Source of the DNA: a virus
Direction: 5' to 3' (one strand)
IMG/VR virus record: IMGVR_UViG_3300031758_000004
Span: 1 to 64,000 of that record
DNA: 64,000 nt
Numbering within the stretch: the first letter of the stretch is position 1; every line of letters starts with the position of its first letter. This document shows, piece by piece, positions 1 to 9,886 of this stretch. Below the pieces are notes generated by a model that saw only the letters and a list, made by a program, of their open reading frames with translations, had not been told where the DNA came from and made no database searches. The position numbers and the translations under genes are program-made.

Positions 1-145
1 TGACTCCCACTTGTACCAGATGTTCCATCATTTCCATTTAATCCAGAAATTCCGGAAGTACCAGATGTTCCATCATTTCCATTTATTCCAGAAGTTCCAG
101 AAGTGCCTTGACTCCCACTCGTACCAGATGTTCCATTAGATCCAG
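1..145 (-). repeat. Gly-Thr-Ser/Asn triplet coding repeats
   Basis: Repeated (ga)tgttcc / gtacc / gaagttcc units encoding GTSG/NGTS. Confidence 0.8.
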
Positions 146-3089
146 TTGGTCCTATCTGTGTGTACATAACCTGAGTAAATGTAGAAATCACACTAGGTAT
201 AGCAGGAATTATAGGTGATATACTTGATGGTAAATATTGAATTGATACTAAACTACTATCAGAATGCCACCACAATTCGACAGTATCATTTGGGTTTATT
301 GAAGTTCCAACATAATTTACAGTTGCTACTGTATAACCATACTCATTTGAATTTTTTCTAGCCGGTATATAAAATCTAGTTGTGCTATCTGGATAATCTA
401 ATCCATTATATTTTAACCATATATCAGCATAGTGGATATCAGCATCTGTATTTTGTAGTTGGATAGAATATATCATAGTGTATGTTCCTGGATTTTCAAT
501 CACCACACTACCTGTACCTGATAAGGAAAATCCAACTGATCCTGAATTAGTGTTAATACCCACTATTTGAGCAACACCAGGAGTAATAAATGGCTGAGTC
601 GTAAGATCAAGAAAGTTACCATAATAACCTAGTGCACCACCAACACCATTTACACCACTTGTTCCATTCAAACCTGATGTACCGGATGTTCCTGAAGTAC
701 CCACCCCCGAAGTTCCTGAAGTACCACTACCACCACCTGGATTAGTTGTTTGATAATATGTATTTCCACTATCATCAACAACCATATATTTAGTTAAACT
801 TGATGTTGATCCAATTCCTGTTATCGTTAAGTTATGTGTATTTGTTCTACCTTGACCAGTTACACTAAATGTAACACCATCAACACCACTTTGAACTTCA
901 AATACATTATCGGTTTCTAATGAACTTCCTCTTTTGATTGTAACAGCTCCTAAAGTAGAGTTAGTTACTATTTCTGGTGTAGATGAGTTATCATAAGCTT
1001 GTTGTAATGTAGTTGTTGATATACCACCAGATCCACCTAAGATCTCACCAAACTTAGAAACAAAATTAAATCTTGCCTGTGTGGGATCTGATAAGTTTGA
1101 AGCATTTTTATTAACAGATAAAATACCTATAAGAATACCATTATCTCTATTATTTGGATACTCAACATATAATTCTTCTTGTGCTGCTGAAATCGCTTCA
1201 GATAAAGATCCATATACTGTTTGACCATATTGAACTCTTACCAATCCAGTTGGGAATAAATATATTCTTTGATTTGTTGACGAACCATTACCACCACCTA
1301 CTACACTAATAACACCACCATTATCATAATGAGTAGGATCTATAAATGTTGTATTAGAAAATGTACCACCTATTTGAGTTCTATATTGAAAAGTTACCGG
1401 AGATTGACCACTAATATTAATACTATTTGGATTTAATTCATTATTAGTCCAATTTATACCATTACCCCAAAGAATACCAGTTGATGTATTAAACTCTAAA
1501 GTTGTACTATGAGCGGATGGTATAATTCCTTGATTTATTAATTTGATTGGTGACCATAAATCTCTCAATGCGGACATTGGTGATACATCATAATCAACAG
1601 TATTATTTACATTTAAAATGGTTTGTCTATCAGGGTGTACAACTTTACCTAAGAAGATATTTTGTCTTCTTTCTTGTGCTGTTGGAAATGTACCTTGTAA
1701 ATGTAATGAAGAACTAGCTGTTAATAAAACATAAGTACTATCAAATGTGTTTAAGTAAGGTGTTGTTATACTTGTAGTTCCACCATAAGTAATTTGTAAA
1801 ACTGTTGGTTTAATAGAATATGTACCTGTATTAGTTATAATCCAACCAGAAGCACTACCCACTGTAAATGTTGTACTACTAGTTTTAACAAGTCCCGAAT
1901 AATTATAAACACCTGTTGATATGACATTACCTTCTAATATATTTCTCTGTATATCAGTAAGAGATAAATTGATATCCTCATTATTAATTTCAACTTGTAG
2001 AGTTCCAATTGTTGAACTATTATTTGTAATATAACCAATTTGGTTAGTTCTTGATGAAAAATCTAATGTACTTGATGAGTTTATAAAACTACCTGGTGTT
2101 GTATCAGATAAATAAAGAATATCACCAATCGAATAAGCTGATAAATCAAGTCCCGATAAGATACCAGATGATATGGCAATACCCTCAGACGCAATTGGAA
2201 TATCAATATAAGCCAGACCAATTACTTGTTGATTTCCAACACCATTAGCAATTGACAAAGAGACACTGGGAATACCACTATATGATGACTGTATTTTAAG
2301 AGCAGATCCCTTAGGTATAATTGAACCAGTATTATTATAAACTCGGATAAATTGTTTAGTTTGTGGGTGATTAACTAACCAATTTAATCCATTACTTTCA
2401 ACAGTAAGAGTATCATAGAATGCTAAATTATATGACGATAGATTATCAATTAGCTGAGAAGAAGTTGTTTTTATTGTTATTATACCAGTTCCGGTATTTT
2501 TTATAATGAATCCTTTCCCTGAAAAACCTATTGCTGTCGGTAAAGTAATATCAAAAGTTCCATTAGCCTCAATATAGTGATCTGTATTGGATACCGAGTA
2601 GGTTGATGTTATATAAGCATAATTAGTAGAAACACTTGTACCTGATGTTCCTGAAGTGCCATTAGATCCAGAAGTCCCTGAAGTTCCATTTGTACCTGAA
2701 GTTCCATTTGTACCTGATGTTCCATTTATCCCTGATGTTCCGGAAGTTCCTGATAAACCAATTAACATTTGTTGCCAATGAGATGTATCTATATCAGGTG
2801 ATGACCAAGGAGCTGAACCAGTTAAATCAGAAATACATAAGTAAGCATTTCCATTATATGTAACAAAATCATAGTAGAAATACATCATCATCGAATCCCA
2901 TTCTCCTTGGAATAACATAGATGTTCCTTGTGGTCCTGTCGGACCTTGTGGACCAACAGAAGATGTACCACTTCCTAAATCTAAAAGATTTCCAAAACCA
3001 TCATAATATAAATCCGGTGTACCATGTACTACTTGAACCAATCTACCATATGTTCCGGAGACGGTTGCACCAGTAAAATCATAACTCAT
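1..3089 (-). CDS. Tail-fibre-like protein with Gly-Thr-Ser/Asn triplet repeats (runs off window start, >1029 aa)
   Basis: ATG at 3089 behind TAATATATA (3095-3103, minus strand). Hand translation starts MSYDFTGATVSGTYGRLVQ..GPQGPTGPQG..GTSGTSGINGTSGTNGTSG. The same frame reads GTSGTSGS at positions 1-26. Absent from the ORF track, presumably because its stop lies outside the window; not every codon was checked. Confidence 0.75.
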   Translation of the reverse strand, partial: MSYDFTGATVSGTYGRLVQVVHGTPDLYYDGFGNLLDLGSGTSSVGPQGPTGPQGTSMLFQGEWDSMMMYFYYDFVTYNGNAYLCISDLTGSAPWSSPDIDTSHWQQMLIGLSGTSGTSGINGTSGTNGTSGTNGTSGTSGSNGTSGTSGTSVSTNYAYITSTYSVSNTDHYIEANGTFDITLPTAIGFSGKGFIIKNTGTGIITIKTTSSQLIDNLSSYNLAFYDTLTVESNGLNWLVNHPQTKQFIRVYNNTGSIIPKGSALKIQSSYSGIPSVSLSIANGVGNQQVIGLAYIDIPIASEGIAISSGILSGLDLSAYSIGDILYLSDTTPGSFINSSSTLDFSSRTNQIGYITNNSSTIGTLQVEINNEDINLSLTDIQRNILEGNVISTGVYNYSGLVKTSSTTFTVGSASGWIITNTGTYSIKPTVLQITYGGTTSITTPYLNTFDSTYVLLTASSSLHLQGTFPTAQERRQNIFLGKVVHPDRQTILNVNNTVDYDVSPMSALRDLWSPIKLINQGIIPSAHSTTLEFNTSTGILWGNGINWTNNELNPNSINISGQSPVTFQYRTQIGGTFSNTTFIDPTHYDNGGVISVVGGGNGSSTNQRIYLFPTGLVRVQYGQTVYGSLSEAISAAQEELYVEYPNNRDNGILIGILSVNKNASNLSDPTQARFNFVSKFGEILGGSGGISTTTLQQAYDNSSTPEIVTNSTLGAVTIKRGSSLETDNVFEVQSGVDGVTFSVTGQGRTNTHNLTITGIGSTSSLTKYMVVDDSGNTYYQTTNPGGGSGTSGTSGVGTSGTSGTSGLNGTSGVNGVGGALGYYGNFLDLTTQPFITPGVAQIVGINTNSGSVGFSLSGTGSVVIENPGTYTMIYSIQLQNTDADIHYADIWLKYNGLDYPDSTTRFYIPARKNSNEYGYTVATVNYVGTSINPNDTVELWWHSDSSLVSIQYLPSSISPIIPAIPSVISTFTQVMYTQIGPTGSNGTSGTSGSQGTSGTSGINGNDGTSGTSGISGLNGNDGTSGTSGS
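2638..2755 (-). repeat. Gly-Thr-Ser/Asn triplet coding repeats
   Basis: cctgatgttcc / cctgaagttccatttgta units encoding GTSGTNGTSG. Confidence 0.85.
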
Positions 3090-3158
3090 AGTAGTATATA
3101 TTAAGTAACATGTGTCCAAACATGAATTATTTAATATATAACAGAAATAAAATTTTAT

Positions 3159-3569
3159 ATGCCTTTAATTTACTCACCTTTATTAAACCAAGATGTAAAC
3201 TGGAGTGATTTGGAATATTCAGTTGGTAAAAAGTATTTAAAATGGGAAGAGGTAAATTTAAAATGGGAAAATGTTGAATTAACTTGGGATGAAGTTTTTA
3301 TTTTATTAGAAGTGGTATCACGCCGAGTGAGTGGTGGTGGAAGTGGATATCCACATAAAGGAGAATATGAAAAAAATAATCCATGGAGGCAACTAAATAA
3401 GGATTTAGGTAGAGAAAATACCGATAAAATAATAAAATTATATTGTAGAGTTAGAGGTATTGAATATGAAAAAATAAAAAATCCGAGAGAAGATATAAAA
3501 GTAACAATAAACGAGTTTGATCGTTTTTTAAACGATTCAATTAATATAAAAGTTGATTTTCAAAAATAA
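3159..3569 (+). CDS. Hypothetical protein (likely late/virion-associated)
   Basis: 136-aa ORF behind TAATATATA (3132-3140). Confidence 0.7.
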   Translation: MPLIYSPLLNQDVNWSDLEYSVGKKYLKWEEVNLKWENVELTWDEVFILLEVVSRRVSGGGSGYPHKGEYEKNNPWRQLNKDLGRENTDKIIKLYCRVRGIEYEKIKNPREDIKVTINEFDRFLNDSINIKVDFQK

Positions 3570-3579
3570 TATATAAATT

Positions 3580-4266
3580 ATGGAAGATAATGATGTTTTT
3601 AGATTTGAAGATTTTCTAGGTGGTAATAAAATGGAAGATCTTAAAAAGATGAAGTCAAATCTATTAAAAGAAGGTTTGTTTTCAGATAGATATGAAGATG
3701 ATGAGGTTGATGAAGATAAAGAAATATTTACAAATATCAACGACGCCGCCGATGATGAAGATGAAATTGATCAAAGCTTAAATCCTTATAATAACTACAA
3801 TAGTGAGGAAGAACAAGAACAAGATGATTATTCATTTGATAATTCTTCAGAAGAGGAAGATTTGGAAGAAAATAACGAAAGTTATAATGATGAAGATTCA
3901 TATGTGTTATACAAAGATAAATCTGAAGAATTTATTTGTGATATAGCAATTGAAGGTGTAAGTCAAAAAGATACAGAAGTTAGATTAGTAATTGAATCAG
4001 CTGATTGGAATCTTATGTTTAAAGGTGAGGTTAAAAACGGTAAATGTATCATTCCTATTAAGAAATTAAGCCTTTTTAATGAAGGACAAAGAGGTAATAT
4101 AAAACTAGAAGTAAATGCTGATGGTAACTTATTCACACCTTGGAAAGATGAATTTATTGTTAAAGTATCTAAAAAGGTAACAGTTAATCTAAATGAAAAT
4201 AAAAAAATACGACCAATTAAAAAAGAAACTGGTGTAAAAGTAAAAGTAAACAAAAAGAGACCATAA
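3580..4266 (+). CDS. Hypothetical protein with acidic N-terminal half
   Basis: 228 aa, D/E-rich; TAATATATA at 3567-3575 overlaps the upstream stop. Confidence 0.75.
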   Translation: MEDNDVFRFEDFLGGNKMEDLKKMKSNLLKEGLFSDRYEDDEVDEDKEIFTNINDAADDEDEIDQSLNPYNNYNSEEEQEQDDYSFDNSSEEEDLEENNESYNDEDSYVLYKDKSEEFICDIAIEGVSQKDTEVRLVIESADWNLMFKGEVKNGKCIIPIKKLSLFNEGQRGNIKLEVNADGNLFTPWKDEFIVKVSKKVTVNLNENKKIRPIKKETGVKVKVNKKRP

Positions 4267-4279
4267 AGGTCTCTTTTTT
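4252..4279. terminator. Bidirectional intrinsic terminator
   Basis: aaaaagagacc-ataaa-ggtctcttttt between convergent genes. Confidence 0.85.
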
Positions 4280-4281
4280 AT

Positions 4282-6600
4282 TTAAAAATTAAATTGTGGT
4301 AAAACATCTTCATCCAAGTTTGGCACTCTTATTAAACCAGAATTCATTATTGTGTCAATAACCATTTTACCAGTAATTGACTTAGTACATTCAAACTGTC
4401 TTTCAGTACCTTTATGATCCGGACACCAATTCCAATCACCAGCATCTAATCTATATCTATTGTAACAACCATTACAAACTGAATCATTGAAAATTCTAAA
4501 TACATTCTCACCTTCAAATTCAGAGATTGGTTTACTAAATCCTGATATCAAGAATGTTGGGACTCCTATTGTCCAAGATACCCAACTCAAACCAGAACCA
4601 ACTCCTATAAAAAACTCACAAGATAACATTGTTTCCATTAGTTTCTCCATTGATCCCTCTGGTAATTTCACACATCCTTCTGGATGTTTATTACCCATAT
4701 AATTATCACCTTCTTTAGAAAGAATCATAACTTCATATCCACTAGCCTTCAAAAAATAAACAACTTCCTGCCATCCAGTTGGATTATTCCAGTATTTAGT
4801 TTGTGCAGTTGAGTGAATTGCTATACCAACTCTTTTCTTTTTTTCTACTTTTGGTAAGTTAATTTTAGCTCTGACATATTCAAAATCCAAACCTAGTATA
4901 TCAGCTGATGTTTTTCCAAGTGGAATTTCTTTAAAATCTGTTGGATTTTTATCAAACTGTACAGTATTATCCTCATTATAAAACCAACCAATATTATACA
5001 TAGCATAGATGTGATTCACCACTGATCCCGGTTCAACAAATTCAATTTCTGGATAAGTTTCCTTAAATAGGTGATTCCAGAAAGTTGAACATATAACCTC
5101 ACAATTCCATTTTTTTCTAAATTCATCAACATATGGAAACCAAGCCAATGTATCGCCAATTGATCTCGATTCTAATGTTATAAAAACTCTCTTACCCGTA
5201 GCATCATACTTTTTATCATAGATTAATTCTTCACCATCCCAGACTTTACATGTGTACTCTTCAAAATACTTCTTATTTGTTTTTGTCCACATATTACTAC
5301 CAATGGTTGTTGAATATTCACAAAACCCCTTTGAATTCCAGAATTCAACTTTAAATTGTTTATTCAATTTTGACTTAACTTCAATATAAGCACCTCCAAT
5401 ATAATGATTTAAAATACTAACATCCTCATATTTTGGATTGATATTGATATCAGATTTTTCTATATTATCATAGAAATTTAAAAGTTTTTCCTCAAAATTT
5501 GAATTACTATTACTAATTAAATTATGAATTTTATCAACTTCATTTAAATCCTTCACACAATGAAACCCGAAGATATTATTTTTATCATATGGAAATCTAG
5601 ATTGAAATGGATATCCTTTACCGTGTTTATTCATATCAACTGGTAACTCATACCCATCATATTTATATTCTAAAAAGAATTTAACATCATTTGAATTAGA
5701 AACATTTATAAAGAACCAAAACATTTTAGGTATTATATTATTCTTCCATAGAATGCAATTGAATAATATTTCATCATGTAAAAACTCTTTCTCACAAATA
5801 GTCTCAACTTCTTCTAAATCACAAACAGACTTCCATTCTTCAAATATTGATTTATGTGTTTGATTAAAAATAACAACATTTGTTAAACAATATGGTGATG
5901 TTTGTTTATCAACTCCCAATAATTTTCTTGTTAAATCGCCAGGTGTATAGGCACCATTAACAAAAGTATAATCCCAACATCCTCTTTGTAAAATTGGACC
6001 ATCCGTTATGTATTTAGCATATTCAAAAATTTCAGATATATTATCTCTTACTTGAATATCAGAATCTAAAAATACATAGTCCTTATATCCTCTAGAAATA
6101 GCATCTAAAAATGCTGTCGGTTTTGTAAATTGTATATAATGCGGATTGTTAAGATCTCTACTAATATCAATTTTAATATTTTTTATTCGATTATTATTAT
6201 ACATGGTTTCATAACCAATTGTATAATGAAGTATATCTATATTAGTTAATTTAACTAATTGATTAATTAATTTTATAGTTAAGTCTTCATACTTTTTATT
6301 AGAAACCAAAACAAAACATTTTGATCTATCATTTATAACTTGATCATAAATTAATCTATCATTTGAATAAATTTTTAAGAAATACTCTTTATCACCCCAA
6401 GTTGATCTGAAATCTTTATTCATAATAAAAAATGATTTTTTATTATCAACATCTTCTTTGTTTGGTATGATATTAGTTTTTTCAAAAATTAAATCATCGA
6501 AAAATATATTTTTCAAATTAATTAAACAATTTTCAAAAAATTTATCAGTGTTATTTTTTATTTCTAAAAAATCACCATTTATTTTAACATCAAAACTCAT
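4282..6600 (-). CDS. Two-domain glycosyltransferase: N-terminal DxD GT-A domain plus C-terminal TibC/AAH-like (autotransporter O-heptosyltransferase-like) GT-B domain
   Basis: FLDSDIQV motif; SRSIGDTLAWFPYVDEFRKK, FFIGVGSGLSW and the Cys cluster CNGC..WC..C. Likely start MSFDVK at 6600. Confidence 0.7.
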   Translation of the reverse strand: MSFDVKINGDFLEIKNNTDKFFENCLINLKNIFFDDLIFEKTNIIPNKEDVDNKKSFFIMNKDFRSTWGDKEYFLKIYSNDRLIYDQVINDRSKCFVLVSNKKYEDLTIKLINQLVKLTNIDILHYTIGYETMYNNNRIKNIKIDISRDLNNPHYIQFTKPTAFLDAISRGYKDYVFLDSDIQVRDNISEIFEYAKYITDGPILQRGCWDYTFVNGAYTPGDLTRKLLGVDKQTSPYCLTNVVIFNQTHKSIFEEWKSVCDLEEVETICEKEFLHDEILFNCILWKNNIIPKMFWFFINVSNSNDVKFFLEYKYDGYELPVDMNKHGKGYPFQSRFPYDKNNIFGFHCVKDLNEVDKIHNLISNSNSNFEEKLLNFYDNIEKSDININPKYEDVSILNHYIGGAYIEVKSKLNKQFKVEFWNSKGFCEYSTTIGSNMWTKTNKKYFEEYTCKVWDGEELIYDKKYDATGKRVFITLESRSIGDTLAWFPYVDEFRKKWNCEVICSTFWNHLFKETYPEIEFVEPGSVVNHIYAMYNIGWFYNEDNTVQFDKNPTDFKEIPLGKTSADILGLDFEYVRAKINLPKVEKKKRVGIAIHSTAQTKYWNNPTGWQEVVYFLKASGYEVMILSKEGDNYMGNKHPEGCVKLPEGSMEKLMETMLSCEFFIGVGSGLSWVSWTIGVPTFLISGFSKPISEFEGENVFRIFNDSVCNGCYNRYRLDAGDWNWCPDHKGTERQFECTKSITGKMVIDTIMNSGLIRVPNLDEDVLPQFNF

Positions 6601-6607
6601 AAATATA

Positions 6608-8185
6608 TTATATTTTTTCGGCGTAAATAACACCCATTTTATTTTCTATTATATAATTACCACAATTATGACTCCATTTTGATAATTTAAATTTAAATCC
6701 ACAATATGTTAGTTTCTCTAAAATACTCATAGCTCTATAATTATCATTATTGTGATATTCTATTATAATTCTTTTTATCTTTTTAAGGTTTTCATTTGTT
6801 ATAGTTTCAAAGAAATCATACTCAGCACCTTCAATATCAACCTTCATCAAATCTATCTCACTCTCATCAATAAATTCTTCAATTAGTTTATTCGGTGTTA
6901 TAGATTGAACTCTAACTTCTTTTCTCTCCATATCATTTCCATTAGCATCAGTATGATATAAAGAAGAAACAACCGAACCTATACCTGGACTTGTATAAAA
7001 TACAATTTCACCATCAACTGATGAAATTGCCTTATCTATAATTCTTATTTTAGAATTCTTACTCCACATTCTATTTAGAATATCTACATTTGATTGGTCT
7101 GCTTCTATCATATATGTTTTTATATCTCTCTCAATAAAAGATATACTCGACATACCATAATTTGCACCAATGTCAACATAATTATTAATTTCATCAATGT
7201 TAAAACTAAATAAATCATAGATACTCATATCATTAAAGTCGGAAAACTCATTGAACTTAACTTCAGTATCTTTAATTAATTTAAACTTATTAGAAAGTGG
7301 ATGCTTTAAGTCAAAATCTTTTATTAAAATATTTTTTCTAATAACTTGATTTTCTAAGTATATTTCTAAGTAAAACCCATTTACTGACTTATTAATATTT
7401 AAACTAAATGGTGGTATAAACCAAAAAATTAAATTCTGTTTTAAATCAAAATCTCTATTCAAATAAATACAGATATCGGTATAATAGTCAAATATTCTAA
7501 AGTGAACATTGTTCATATCTTCACTATTATTCATAATAAAGAATTTTGTTTCTTCAGGAGAATACCAAAAATCTATTTTATTGTAGTTATAAAAACAAAG
7601 ATCTATCTTATTTTGACCATAAAATTCATATTTATCACTAAACGAATATATTTTATCTAAAACATTATTATTTCTAAAATTAGCCTCCCAACAGTTTTCT
7701 AAAACTGTGTTTACTAAAAACATTTCTTCAATGCTTCGGAAAAATGTTATATTTGTAAGTAAAAAATCTATATTAGTAAAGAATGAATTTGTACAAATGA
7801 TATTAGTTCCCCAATTACAAGAAACAAATTGATATCCATCTATATTCCATTTTTTAAACTCATTAACATCAACTATTTCAACATCATAAGTTATCTTATA
7901 AGTATAATTAATTGATTGATCTTTTAAATGTTTTAAACAAATTTCAATTAAATTACTTTCTGCAACACCGTGTGAATATTTTCTATCATCAACAATATTT
8001 TTTTGTTGATAAAAATAAAAGTCACACATTTCCTGAATGTTTTTATCTAAAGGTGAGTGACTTGCTAAAACTAAGTAATAATTTTCTCTACTAATAGTTT
8101 TTAAATTCTCTATAAGTAAATTCAAACCTTCATCTGATGTATGAAAGTATGTAATGATAAATCCTATTTTAGTGTCTGTCTTCAT
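6608..8185 (-). CDS. Protein with C-terminal FkbM-family SAM methyltransferase domain
   Basis: YVDIGANYGMSS, LMKVDIEGAEYD, IIIEYH. Confidence 0.8.
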   Translation of the reverse strand: MKTDTKIGFIITYFHTSDEGLNLLIENLKTISRENYYLVLASHSPLDKNIQEMCDFYFYQQKNIVDDRKYSHGVAESNLIEICLKHLKDQSINYTYKITYDVEIVDVNEFKKWNIDGYQFVSCNWGTNIICTNSFFTNIDFLLTNITFFRSIEEMFLVNTVLENCWEANFRNNNVLDKIYSFSDKYEFYGQNKIDLCFYNYNKIDFWYSPEETKFFIMNNSEDMNNVHFRIFDYYTDICIYLNRDFDLKQNLIFWFIPPFSLNINKSVNGFYLEIYLENQVIRKNILIKDFDLKHPLSNKFKLIKDTEVKFNEFSDFNDMSIYDLFSFNIDEINNYVDIGANYGMSSISFIERDIKTYMIEADQSNVDILNRMWSKNSKIRIIDKAISSVDGEIVFYTSPGIGSVVSSLYHTDANGNDMERKEVRVQSITPNKLIEEFIDESEIDLMKVDIEGAEYDFFETITNENLKKIKRIIIEYHNNDNYRAMSILEKLTYCGFKFKLSKWSHNCGNYIIENKMGVIYAEKI

Positions 8186-9812
8186 TGTATATTTTATCTA
8201 ATATTGAGTAACCAGCCGATTGTTTTGTTGGTGGTACTTCAAAAATTCCTGTTTTATATTGATCTAAATTCTCAACAAATAATAAATCAGATACATTCCA
8301 CTTAGCAGTTTGATACATTTTATCAATTATACCAAAACTTCTTCTTGGTATTAAATAAGCATGAGCTCCATAAAATTTATTAACTGTCCAATAATCATTA
8401 TATTTGTCAATTATATGTGAGTTATTATGATAACCAAAAGAAAACATCAATAAATCCGTTTTATTTAGAACATCACAAGCAAATTTAACCTTACTCATAA
8501 ACTCATTCATATCAATATCAATAACAGCATCACATTCAAATATGAAAATGAAATCCGAATCTGAGTTCATACCTCTATAAAAAGCGTCTTTATGTGCCAA
8601 ATAACAACCATAATGACCTGGTGTTAATTTACCACCTGGTTCCATACTTATTTTTTCCGGATATTGACAACTATCAGATGGAGGCAATTCAGTCCATCTT
8701 TTATTCACACAAGGAAAATAATCAATACCATAATCTTTTAATTTAGTTAAAGATATCATTGATTTTACTTCTCTATCGGTATCAATATCTGTTAACATAT
8801 GATAAGCAGATATTTTATATTCTTTATAATTATCTTCTACTTTCTCTTTATTATCTATAATAAACTCTTCTAATTTTAATGAATCTTTAATTAACTTTAC
8901 GTTATAATCAAAGTCATTTGTCAAAAATTCAACATTTTCATATTTAGAAAACTCACCTTTGTAATTAGATAAGTTATACATTAAAACACTCATATTATTG
9001 GATAATGCTTCGATAACAGATAATGGTCTATTTTCTAATTTAGATGTAAATAAGAAAAGATCCATACAAGAATAAAACTTGTGTAAATCACTTCGTTCAT
9101 CCCATAATGTGCAATTCTCAGGTCTATTATTAACTAATGGTCTCCAATATTCCTCAAAATTCCCAGCCATATTACCAAAGAAATGAAAATGAACTTTTTG
9201 ATCTAACATCATTTTAGCATATTCAAAGATTTCTGATTGATTTTTATTACTATTAAATAAACCAACGTTCATAACATGTTTATAACTTGGATCTAATCCA
9301 AGATCAATAAGTTTTTTATTTCTAAACTCACTGTTATCAACATCCATTGGTATTACTTCTGGTTTAGTTGAAATAGAATTATATTGAATCATATTTATAT
9401 CAGAAACAAACATAGTTCTATCTGGAAGATATTTCTTATCATCTTTATTAAATAAAGTACCATGTGTTGTTTCAGTTATAACATAATTATAACCACTTCT
9501 CATATCAATATAAATTGACTTTAGTATAGAATCATCGATAAATGTTTCAGGAAATTCTTCAAAATGTATTATATCTGGATTAATTACATCAATTAGATTA
9601 AATATATTTTTTTTATCATAAAGAGTAATTAATTTATCACCCAATATATCTTTAATTCTATTTTTTTGAATAACCAATCTACCACCAGTTATATCATCCC
9701 ACTCTACTAAGTAAACATCAAATTTTTTAACTAAAATCTCTATTTTTTTAAGTAAAAATTGTGGTAAACCACCAGTGGATAAATGCGGAGTAATTAATAA
9801 TAATTTCTTCAT
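8169..9812 (-). CDS. GT4-like glycosyltransferase fused to a GT25-like domain
   Basis: PHLSTGGLPQ, LFLFTSKLENRPLSVIEAL; C-terminal GCYLAH, FECDA. Likely start MKKLLLI at 9812. Confidence 0.7.
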   Translation of the reverse strand: MKKLLLITPHLSTGGLPQFLLKKIEILVKKFDVYLVEWDDITGGRLVIQKNRIKDILGDKLITLYDKKNIFNLIDVINPDIIHFEEFPETFIDDSILKSIYIDMRSGYNYVITETTHGTLFNKDDKKYLPDRTMFVSDINMIQYNSISTKPEVIPMDVDNSEFRNKKLIDLGLDPSYKHVMNVGLFNSNKNQSEIFEYAKMMLDQKVHFHFFGNMAGNFEEYWRPLVNNRPENCTLWDERSDLHKFYSCMDLFLFTSKLENRPLSVIEALSNNMSVLMYNLSNYKGEFSKYENVEFLTNDFDYNVKLIKDSLKLEEFIIDNKEKVEDNYKEYKISAYHMLTDIDTDREVKSMISLTKLKDYGIDYFPCVNKRWTELPPSDSCQYPEKISMEPGGKLTPGHYGCYLAHKDAFYRGMNSDSDFIFIFECDAVIDIDMNEFMSKVKFACDVLNKTDLLMFSFGYHNNSHIIDKYNDYWTVNKFYGAHAYLIPRRSFGIIDKMYQTAKWNVSDLLFVENLDQYKTGIFEVPPTKQSAGYSILDKIYNEDRH

Positions 9813-9886
9813 ACTACATTTTATATTTTTTATATATAAGTAAGTTTGGATAAAAACAAAAATCAAAACAAAAAGTATAAAAAAAT

